From Nageia nagi (taxonomy: Eukaryota; Plantae; Pinophyta), in the NCBI GenBank assembly GCA_050084985.1, contig JBITNC010000002.1, positions 16,182,001 to 16,246,000 on the forward strand: 64,000 nucleotides of DNA, in the 5' to 3' direction. Made by a program: the position numbers and the translations under genes. Below the pieces are notes generated by a model that did no database searches, was not told the DNA's origin, and was given only the letters and a program-made list of their open reading frames with translations. Shown in pieces: positions 52,519 to 64,000 of the stretch. Each line of letters opens with the position of its first letter. The first letter of the stretch is position 1.

Positions 52519-53286
52519 TTTAGATTGGGGGTTAGTGTTAGGGTTTAAGGGTTAAGGGTTATATTTAGGGTTTAAGGGTTAGGGTTATGGTTAAAATTTA
52601 GGGGTTAGGGTTTAAGGGTTAGGGTTTATTAAAATGTATAATGCATTATTGAAAGGTCTTTTTATGTAATTCACTTAAGAGTATTCCTAGATACCTTAAG
52701 TATTTAGCAAATATGATAATGTAAATTGATGATACTTAAAATTATCTTTATATACCTTTTAAGTATTTGCAAATATGATAATATAACTTATCCTAATCTC
52801 ATGAGCATGCCCCTTGGGTAAAAGGGTTATGCATGTCATGATATTGTACAATGGTTAAAAAGGTGATCTAAGGGAAGATTTTGGTCTATAAATATAAGGT
52901 CCTCTCATTGAGATTACTCACTCGAGTTTGTAAAAAAGTTATCCTCTTGTTTAGGTTATAGGAGAAGTGAAAAGAGTTATTGTAAAAGAGTGCTTTTTAA
53001 GAATAAGATCTTAAATTAGTGGATGTACTTCCATGGTTGGAGGAGCCACTTTATATTGGTGTCATCTTATGTGAATGCTACTTTAAGTGTGTGTTCTTAA
53101 TGCTTAAAGATTTGGAAGAGTCTTCATGTGATCTTAGGTAATTAAGGATTTAGTCTTGTTGGCTTGTTCCTTTAGGGGTTAAGGTAAGGGGTTAAAGGTT
53201 ATGGGGTTGTGTTTGGGTTAAGGGTTAGATTTTAAGGGTTATAATTAAGGTTTAATGGTTGGGAGTTTAAAATATTTAGGGTTAAG
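52519..53286 (+). repeat. Degenerate interstitial telomere-like array (TTTAGGG/TTAGGG/TTAAGGG) split by a solo LTR
   Basis: G-rich repeats at 52519-52626 and 53175-53286. Confidence 0.75.
52627..53174 (+). mobile_element. Copia solo LTR (related to element A LTR) inserted in the telomere-like array
   Basis: Starts TATTAAAATGTATAATGCA, matching the A LTR start TGTTAAAATGTATAATGCA; ends CCTTTA (decayed CCTTCA); GGGTT/GGGGT flanks. Confidence 0.75.
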
Positions 53287-56188
53287 ACTTTGTACAAATA
53301 TCCTACAATTATTTTTATTATATACTATTATAAAATCTGCAAGATTAATTATGAGTAATCATGGGTGATATTGATATAAAACTACCAACAAAACTAAAAT
53401 ATGGAAAAGATACATGTAATAACTACAACAAAAACCATGAAATAAAAACTCAAACAACCATGTAAAACTCTATAATAGTCTAAGCTTGTTATAACCAAAC
53501 ATCTCAATACTCAAACTAGGAAGAGATTCTTTCAAAACTCTTACAAAATTTCAAACATGCATACATTAAAGAAAGCATCTTTTAAATCTAAATTTTAGAA
53601 TACAAATAGTTACATTACAAATTCATGTACCAAATACTAAATATTCTTACCAACATGAGTCTTCTTGACAACAACAACCACCATCCAAAATAATAACCTT
53701 GCCTACTATTTACTATCTTACAACATTCTTTTCTCAAATACTAACATCATAATTATAAAAAATTGAACATTTTACCAACATCTAAATAGTTTTCTCCTAA
53801 CCAAAAGTCTAGCTTTATTTTGAAAAAAAAGAGCACCACATTTAAACTACAATCTTCCTATTGAATCCAAGAGAGATCTATTCTTGAAAAGATATTTGTC
53901 CAATAATATTTCAATTGAATAAAAGATATGCATGGGCATAGTCTTTGACTCAACACTTTATCTACAAATTGGATGAATTATGGGTCAAGATGGTAAGAGA
54001 TTTATTAATGTCATATTAGTTGTTGTTATTGCATTAGATATACCCCCTACATGCCATGTTATAAATAGGAATCGTTGATAATATGAAGTGTAGAGAGGAG
54101 AATGTCCCTACAGATGGTATATACTAATCAATCCATCATTTTATTATCTTGTACTCCACCATCATTCAAAGAACTAGAGCTTTGGGATTTTTTATTGTTG
54201 ATAATATAAAGTGTAGTGCAGAGAATTTCCATACAAATGGTATATACTAGACTAATCCATTAAGGAAATATAATTTAGAAATTCATTAACAATCAAATGG
54301 ATAACATAATTATATTATGCATGGTAGAGGACATTGAGTAAATATTGTACAAAAACAAAAATTACAATTTCAATTAGAGATCATTCAAAATGTGACTTTT
54401 CCATACATAATTTTGAACTAATAAATTGATTGCTTAATACTTGTAAGATTGCATTTTAAGTTAGAATGTCCAAATATTTGAAGATTTTATACAAGTTATT
54501 GTGAATCTTAATTTTATTTACAATATGTGTATACGATAATTTTATGTAAGAGCCCATTCATATGCCATGTTTTCATTGATCTCTTACATATGCCAAATAA
54601 AAATGCAAGAAAAAATAACTTTGGATCATAAAGTAGAAAGCAAAAATAAAAATATTTATTGAAAGACAAAAAAAAAATTTATTTCTTAAGCTATGAAATT
54701 GATTTTATTAAACTAGATAAACATATACACCAATCATTAAAAAAATAATATTTCATCAAGCATAAATTGTTTAAAAGATCTCATCATCTCCCTAAAGTTC
54801 CTATATTATGTAGATTATTACATGGGAGGCTTAATTGTCTCTTGAGCACCTCTACAAATCTAGGTTTTGCAACATTCAAGAAATAAAAAAGATAAGTTAT
54901 TTCAAATTCATTATTGCAAAAAGACATCTAAAAGCAAGAATCTAAATAGCATGCTTTTATCTTTTTCCCAAATGCAATGAATCTAAATGTTATCTTCTTT
55001 TTCAAAAATCAAATATACTAAATAACCAAATGATAATCCATTCTCATACATACACAATTTACTCAAATAAATCATACATAATTCAACAATAATTTAATAG
55101 CATGAAAAATGTTGTATCAAGGATCTCAATGAAGTAAACCCTTAAAAAAAGTTATCAAAATAAAAATTAAAAAAACATATGTAATTAAAAGCCCATTCCA
55201 CCAAACCATAGGTACTTAGTCATGGAACCCACCCCTAACTTTTTATGTGCATTATTATAGTGAAATTTTAAGATAATGCTCAAATTAAGTGTAGTTTCCT
55301 AAAAGCAACTTAATTTTCTCTTTACCTCAAACTAACTAGCTTTGATATACTTCTTATATATCAAGGAAACATCAAGAGATATCATTCCCTATACATCTAT
55401 CTCATTTCTAATGTAACAATTATATTTTATTTAATATTATCATTCCTTATACACCTATCTCATTTCTAATGTTATAATTATATTTTTCAAACAAACATTA
55501 TTTTTTTCATAATAAAATATATTCATTTTTTTTAAATATTGAAATCAACATTTAACAAACAAACCAACATATGATATTTTGACTCTTCAACTTACTCCAT
55601 GCTAGAGCCAAATAACACCTTTCAGCATTAACAAATTACATATCAAGAATGTCACATACATAAAAGGAAAAATTTCTATCTTGTACCTTTAACAATCATT
55701 CTTTTAAAGTCCTTGTCTTGTAACATATCACACGAAAAAAAGACATTCCACAAAGTATTCAAAGCTAAGAAAATCTATTGTTTACGTCTATTAATATCTA
55801 AAGAACCAAGATGACCTTGCATACGTGTAAATCACGAACTTCATTATGTCTATATTTAAGATATATCAACTATGTTTTCATTGTATATCAATGAGCATTA
55901 AAGCAATAATATTTTAAATGTTATAATATGATTAAAAATTCGTGCATATCTAAGGATATACAATGACTTTATTATAATATTTTAGTCAGTGTTGAGATCA
56001 AATTCAATTAAACCCTACATGGCGACGACGACAGAAGGACTAAAATATATGTAGGCAAAGATAAAACCACAAAATCGCAAGCCTGGCGGACACAGCAGAG
56101 AAATGAAAAGCGCAGGCCACTTCATCCCCATGAAGAAGATGGTGGTGTGGAAACACACCGTAATAGAAATAAAGCAGCAAGAAAGTTT

Positions 56189-56602
<414 letters not shown>

Positions 56603-56713
56603 TCACTGGTTGTAGAAAACCGAAAGACTATTGTAAAACAGATAACTCGTAAAGAAATGAGAACTATGTCTGCAGAATGAGAGCGATGAGATGAAGGAGG
56701 GGGAAGTGGCGGC

Positions 56714-56817
56714 TTTATATAAGCACCTCATTTTGAAATTTGGGGACGGTGAGGAATCCCCGCCCTTCAATGTTGATGGTTTATCAACGGCCGACAATGG
56801 CATTCGCTTGATCCGTA
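56714..56817 (-). promoter_or_regulatory. Histone H3 proximal promoter
   Basis: TATATAAA 56721-56714; TCAACGG (nonamer/MSA-like) 56784-90; octamer-like TACGGATC (consensus CGCGGATC) 56817-56810. Confidence 0.6.
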
Positions 56818-57555
56818 TCGTTTCCATTGAGGTCATTTACACATCTAGATTTCGAATCAGTATGTGCACGATATTTCTTTCATAGAGTATGGTGAATTTG
56901 TTTTTTTTAATTAATATGGTATATTTTGCTTATGTTTGTAGGATTTAATTGTAAATAAATATACAATCCGTAATTAAAACTGGGTTATTGATATTAAATT
57001 GAATTTCAATGTTACAAATTATCCAATAATTAATTGTATAAGTAAAAGTAATAGTAATGTATTTTTGTAACATTCTAATATGATTTTATTTTAAGATTTT
57101 TTTTTAGTTTTTAAACTTGTTCAATATTGGTTAATTTATGTAATGTATTTTTAATTTTAGCATATTGTATGGATCATTATTAGGGGAGTTAAAAGAGTAT
57201 AGGTGTTGAAATCTCTTGAATTTAGGAGAATTAATTTCAAATCTCATTGACACTAGAACATGAAAAAAATAATAATTCATGTTGAGTTTTTGCATATGCA
57301 AATAGTGTAGGTGTGGGAGATTATGATGGAAGAAAAAAGAAACCTTGATTGTAACAACTTAGTTGGGTGTAGCTTATCTATAAGGTTGGCTTCCAATAAA
57401 AAATCATAGCAAGGTTATTTTCATTTTTTAAAGATGTTATCTTTAGATTTCAAAGCTTCTACATTTGGGTTGGTTATTAAATTTGTAATTTTATATTATA
57501 TGGTCAAGATCTTTAATTGTTATGCTCACGTCCATCCTTACGAGTGATTTTGGAT

Positions 57556-60140
57556 TTTTTTTTTATGAAAAATACTTTATATTACTAAAACTTTTTCATA
57601 CAAAAGGATGGATGGGATTAAGCACACCCTTTGGTACCCCACAACACAAATAAGTTCTTAGTGGTTAGGAAAGGAAAACAACACCACCAAACCACAAAAA
57701 ATCGAAGACATCATCCCAATTAACAAAAATTCTCAAAGAATTGAACGTCTCAAAAACCAAAGGTTAATCATTAGCTATGCATAAAATAAATCAATCATTA
57801 GAGGGGGGAGGGTGGAAATTATCCACGAAGTGTATATGCTCCCAACCAGGGTTGAAATTTGATGTTTACACATGCTTGTTAATAATTTTTTTTATGACGG
57901 TTTCAATACTTTAATGCCCATCAATATACATTTAATTTTTTTTATGTCCATCTAAATACATTAAAAATATAATAAAATCATCTTTTGTCTAGATTAAATA
58001 TAAATATTTTTAATTATACAAAAAATATTGTTAAACAAAAAATATATATGAATATCAATATCATAAATGAATTTATATTTTTTTACTATTATATATTTAT
58101 TTTTTATGATAATAAAAAATATTTACCCTTCTTATGTAACAGTAAAAAAGATGGTTGTAAAAAATATTTAAAATGCCTAAAAAAGTTCAATACAAGCTTC
58201 AAATTTCAACCCTCCTCCGAACCACCACCCTCTGTAGTAGTATTCCACCCAATGATCGAGCAAGTTATGTAAGTATTGAACATCCACATTAACTTTTTCC
58301 ACTTGAACAATAATTTGCAATCAATAGTCATAATAATATCATATTTATCATAAAGAGTGAAAGTTGTCGAAACCTCTTCTCGACCAAATACAATATTGTT
58401 TCTAGTTTTCCACAAATGGTATAGGATACTAATTCTAAAATATGTCAAACTTCACTTAAGGGTTTTGAAAAAGCAAGAGGATCCCCTATAATGGCATGAA
58501 CCCAAGTGCAAGGAAAGGCTATAAAGGGATTAAAAAAGGAAAGAATCCAATCTCGAGATTACCAAGCTTTACCATAATACCAAAAAACATAAGTAAAATC
58601 TTCAGCTTTATGATAACAAGGGCAAGTAGGATTAACAGTTCACCTAAGTAGGTACACCTATGACTAATAGGGAGACCCTAATGAATGAGACTTCAAGTAA
58701 AGAAACTTTGTTTAGGTTTAATATACTTAGCCCAGGCAATAGAGAAACGTAAAGACCACCTTGATCAAGAAGACATAAGATCCCACCATATATTAAGCAT
58801 TGTAAACATATGAATATTAGAAAAAAGCCAATGGTAGCCATGGTGTGGTTTGTATTTAACAAGATTCATTTGCTTGGATCAAAACCACGTAAACCACCAA
58901 GTTTTTTGAAAATAAGTACCAGTTTTACTTCAAATGGAAAATGGAGTTCTATCCACTACTACATCAAAGGTAGCTTTATCATCTTATTTTAGACCATAAG
59001 TACATTTAAAATTATCCCAAGTGTGCCAATTATTGGTTTGGTGATAAAACAATTGTTGAATAACACCAATTCCATTCTTGTGAAAACATAATTCTCGAAC
59101 CCATTGAACCTTGGCCAATGGCAACCCTTAAAGAGAGAATGTAGGTGACCACCATACATTGAGAGACTTAAGGGATGTACCTATTGATTTGCTTTGAATA
59201 TGCCAAGGAAGCCAAGGTGTAAAGGTATCCCAGACTTTCAAGATGCTCTTGATGATAAAGGAGCCTAAAATATTGATACTGATTGGAGTTGTGAGGAGGA
59301 TTTAAAAACTAATCCCCTTCAAAGCCTTTTTTCCTAGTGGAAGACCCTACAAAACACAGTGTTAAACCATAAACTTCTAATCTTCATTCCCCTCCAAAGC
59401 TCTCAAAATCCACTTAGCACATAAAGCAAATCCCTGAAATTAATAATCAAATAATCCCATACCACCAGCAGAGTGAGGGAGACAACAGATATCTCAGGCC
59501 ACTTTGTGAAAAACTCTTTTATGAACATAAGAAGCCTAAATAAATTCCCTTAGAAGCTTATAAAGCTTTTGATAATAGGTCATTGAGGGTACCCAATAAG
59601 AGGAATAGTAAACATGCATCAAAACAATAATTTTAGAATATATTTAAAACTTTTTAGCTACTGAGAGCTTCTTGGTAGACTGATAACTTTATTTTTTTTC
59701 AACCTTTTGAACCATAAAACTCCAGAGTCAAGTAAGAGAAGCTTGGAAAGCAAAGGGAATACCTAAGAATTTAAACATCTCCCCATTTTGAATATATTTC
59801 TAAGGGAATTGAGTAAGCAAGCAAGGACAGGATGCATAAAATGCCTATAGCAAGAAGTTATTTTACCAATGAACAGGATAAAATAATTCCTTTGGACCAA
59901 GTCCCTAAAAATCAATTTGTTGGCATCAAATTGAATTTTAAAATTACAAATGATATGATAAGAAACCATAGAAATAAAAATGACACTACAACACAAATCA
60001 AGTTTAGCCTCAAGGTGGGTGTGAGCATCAAAAATCATACAATGGTCTCTAAAGAAACCACGTTGCAATGTCTAAAATATTGCTTGAATTAGATGTGATA
60101 GGATGGAAATACGATAAAATGAAGCAAGATCTTAAAGAGT
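57556..60140 (-). mobile_element. Degenerate L1-type LINE, 3' part
   Basis: Minus-strand zf-RVT-like remnants (FFT*SLIH*GLP..R; NPTCPCYHKAE; LWKTRNNIVF) and a poly(A) tail at ~57556-65; boundaries approximate. Confidence 0.6.
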
Positions 60141-60148
60141 TTTCCTTT

Positions 60149-63100
60149 CATAAGATGCACTCCAAATGCCAAATAACCTGCAAAAGATAAAAGATCTAAG
60201 AAGGCTTCAAAATCCTAGGTCCTTGAGACCTTAGGATCTAGTAAGATATGACTAGTTTGCTTGTAAGCCTCCTAGCCTTGAATCAACAAGGAACCCAAAA
60301 ACAAATCGATGCCTACAATGCAACCTAACATAAAACAAAACTGGATATAAGCAAAATAAAGCCTACTCTAACCTAGATCTAAGATCCAAGCTAGAAAAAT
60401 TAAGATGCAACCATGCATAAGTGTGTTAGCAATAAACCCCAAAAGGATACTTGGTTGAACACCCATTGGATATGATCTTAAACCTATAAAACCCTCAAAA
60501 AAAGATCAATACCACCAAAAACCACATTTATGAGCTAAACTCACATTCCCTTGCTAGATGTAGATCCAAAATAGGATTCTTCTATGCCTTGGAGTGATTG
60601 GAGGAACTCAAAATGGAGTGTGGACATGGTAGGCAGTGGATGTGGTTGAGTGGATTCACGAGGAAGTTTGATTTCATGTGAAAGCACGTGTTCTTGAATG
60701 AATCAGAGGGGACTATTTTTAAATTTTATTTTATATAGGATTAACCAATGGGTCGGTTAGGTTTTAATCCTAACTGATCCATTGGTCAGTTGATCCCTCT
60801 AATCAATGGGTCGATTAGCAGCAAGGATGAAAATTTGGTAACAAAGGATTAAGTTACCAAAAATGACCAAACGAACCATGTCAAGGCATGATAGGAGGCT
60901 AATGTGATCAATGTGGGCTATGAATAGGGATCAAAATGTAATGAATTGCATAAGATAAATGATGATTTTTAGGTATCTACAAATGCCCCTTTTATGTCAA
61001 TTTTTGTGAGATATGAAATGCGGTACAAAAATAGGCGAAGTGTGTGCGATGTGTTATGATACAAGCAAGCCGATATGGTGGGACCATAATTGATCAAGAT
61101 GAGAGCTAGTTTTGGCACATGTTAAGTCATATAAGATCATTTAGAATAATCATAAATAATGTGACAAAGTATAGTACATGATTCTGCTTTGTCCTAGTAG
61201 TCGAAGGGTAACAAGAAAGAAAATGATCTCTACTTTTCCCCAATAGTTGAAGGGTGAAGGATAAAATAATCAAGATGAGAGTTAGTTTTAGCACATGATA
61301 GGCCACATAAGATCATCCTAAACCTCATGATAATTTGATAAAGTCCAGTTTTAGCGTATGATAGGCTGTATAAGACAAAATCAGATTTCATGCTCAAGAC
61401 TCGATCAAGAGTGGGAGAATTATAACAAATAATCAATAAATAAGATATGTTTTTTAATCCAAATGCTAAAAAGGAAAATGATCTCTGCTTTGCCCTAGTA
61501 GTTGAAGGATACTATCATACATAATCAATCAAGATGGAACCTGGTTTTAGCCCATGATAGGCCTTATAAGGTCATCCCAACAAAACAACATGGTGAAACA
61601 GTCATAAAAAATGATAAATTATCAAAGTGTAATGGTATGATAAATTGATACAATGGGACTTACCACATAACATGAATCAATCAGGATGAGAGGTGGTTTC
61701 AACACATGAAAGGCCATATAAGATCATCCTACCGAAACATCATGATGGAATAAATGTAAAACATGACATATGATACATGAGAAATGATTATGCTTTGCCT
61801 TAGCAGTCGAAGGGTGACTATGATACAACCAAGATGAGAGCTGGTTTCGACACATGATAGGCCATATAAGATGATTCTGAGCACAACATCATGATGGAAT
61901 AATCACCATAACAATAAAAATGGTAATTGATTCTACTTTGCCCTAGTAGTTGAATGGTAATAATGATCAATCAAGATGAGAGCTAGTTTCGACACATGAT
62001 AGGCCATATAAGATCATCTTGAACACTCGACCCGAGTTTGGTTTTGATGCATGATAGGCCATATAAGATTGAGTTGAGGAAAAGATCATAGGCTCGTAGA
62101 CCTACTAAGTGTTATGTCATAGCACATAGGCATATGCCACTTGATAATATGCTAAATGATAAAATTGATCATGATGATATTTGAATTTTTTCATTGATAA
62201 TCAATCATGTTGAGCTAAAACAAGTTTGTTACTATGCATAATAACACAATAACATAAATTAAAAATTATTTGACTGTACAACATACGATAAGAGACCAAG
62301 AATAAAGTGATGACAGGCGAATTTGGGATAATAGTGAATAAAGAAGAACACATGTATTAACATTTATCAAGATTTTTACCAACATGCTTAGCTGAATAGC
62401 AGATAGAAAATAAAATAAAGGCAAAAATGCCAATAATGATAAATACAACAAATCCCATCGATAAGCTTGAATGAATGTCCAAATAAAAGATAATAATATA
62501 CACTATACTAAAGATTATGTTGAATCATTAATGGGATCCAAAGAGTTAGAGTTGGAACTCCCACACTCAGATACGGGTGAACTCAACGAGTTGATTAGCA
62601 AGCTTGACTGATTGAAAAGGGTCACATGCATGATTAGCAAGAAGTGACACATGATGTCAAAGTATGGGTAGAATACCCATTGATCATTCTCGTCAACTAG
62701 CTACATTTGGAAGGTAGACTCCTAGTGCAGATCATGATGCTAAACTATGTGTGCAATAATGAATGGGTGATAGTGATCCTCATGATGGACCACCAATGAA
62801 CCAGCAAATTATAGGAAGTGAAACACGAGCATGTTCCATGGGTAGTAAAGGATGATCTTCCATGTATAGTATGGCCAACAGAGAGGGGCAAAGATGATGC
62901 ACAAATGATAGGAATCATCCAACCGATGCACAAAAACGATGGTATACCAATGATTATTATGATCTATTTGAATGTGCATGATGCCAAGATGAAGGGTGAT
63001 CTACAACATGAGGCAGACATGTTGAATGACTCACCCATAGATCTAACGATGAAGATCCTCCTAAGGAAGATCAAGATGCAGACCTAGGAAGAGGGCTTGA

Positions 63101-64000
63101 TCCATTATTGCAATACAGCGGGAAAGAAGAGAATGAAAGGATTGAATCATAGTTAATAGACTAAAAAGGATGACATGGATGAAGGGGAAGAACTAAAGCT
63201 ATTACGGAACTAATAGAGTTTCCCAAAAGAAGCTAAAGGTGAATGACAAAGATAAGAGATGAGAGGAGAACATATAATAACATGAAGTAATCTGGATTAT
63301 TGATCATGAATAAAAATGAACGATACAAATTAAATGATAGTGATGCAAAAAATAAATGGGACTCGACACTTGATCGTTTGATTGAATAATCAAGGAGAAT
63401 AAAAATGTAATCATAACAAGCAGATATGATATAAGGAATGATCATTATATTATATTAAAATAAGCAGATTCCCATTGATAAGCCTGATTGGGTGGCAAAA
63501 GCAAAAAGAAAGATTCCCATTAATAAGCCCAGTGGATAGCCATGATGGTGCATCTGATGCACGGTCAAGTGACTAAGTGTCTGAGTCAGATGAGTTGATG
63601 TCATAACTAGAAGAGGTAGAATCGAGCAGCTATAGTTGAAGAAGCCAATGATGCAATAATGGTAAGAAATAACACATGAAATAGAAGCAATGATGATGAA
63701 TCCAATGTCTGCCATGTCAAATCAGATGAAATGGATAAGCAAATGACCATTGCAATCAAAATTAACATATTGACCAAGCCACAATAACTGTATCAAAGTG
63801 CTCTTATATATGAAGAGCTATTGGGCCAACATAATGCATAAATTATAGTAAGAAGGGATTGAACGAGGTGTACACCATGACATGCCATGTCCAATCAGGA
63901 TGACTCAACTATAACAAAAATAAGTGAACATGATTAGCATGTTTGAGGTGATAGATCATATAAATCCTAAAGTGATTTTTAGGTCGAGGGACTCAGTAAT
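60149..64000 (-). mobile_element. 3' portion of a Ty3/Gypsy (Tat/Ogre-like) element: LTR, PPT and repeat-rich 3' region
   Basis: Minus strand AAGGGGCATT (PPT, ~60982-91) directly precedes TGTAGATACC (60981); tandem repeats upstream of the PPT; left LTR boundary approximate. Confidence 0.55.
61090..62070. repeat. Dispersed-tandem array (~8 copies of CAAGATGAGAGCTGGTTTCGACACATGATAGGCCATATAAGATC)
   Basis: Copies at about 61095, 61271, 61345, 61530, 61682, 61830, 61972 and 62035, with a second motif (GCTTTGCCCTAGTAGTTGAAGG) interleaved. Confidence 0.85.

Noticed and set aside
61090-62070. CRISPR-like repeat/spacer appearance
   Set aside because: Eukaryotic retrotransposon context, degenerate repeats, irregular and mutually related spacers, no cas genes

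Overview
AT-rich, repeat-dense plant nuclear DNA; the repeat and NLR content suggests a gymnosperm/conifer, which is inference. There are two intact host genes on the minus strand: a six-exon STT3B oligosaccharyltransferase (735 aa) and an intronless replicative histone H3.1. They are embedded among decayed Ty1/Copia, Ty3/Gypsy-like and L1 elements. The standout is an intact, CpG-rich Penelope-like (PLE) reverse transcriptase ORF (8503-10314) with no GIY-YIG endonuclease. It is followed by a 133-nt pure-AT tract, a palindromic minisatellite, a telomere-repeat palindrome and a complete type I hammerhead ribozyme (10651-10692), an architecture reminiscent of endonuclease-less Athena/Terminon elements. 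Other notable items: a Pack-MULE in STT3B intron 5 carrying an RPW8-NB (ADR1-like RNL) fragment; a nested Copia whose interior is inverted relative to its termini, creating a 263-bp hairpin; an interstitial telomere-like array capping a broken gag and split by a solo LTR; and a histone H2B promoter plus 5' fragment. All calls were made by eye and no database searches were run.
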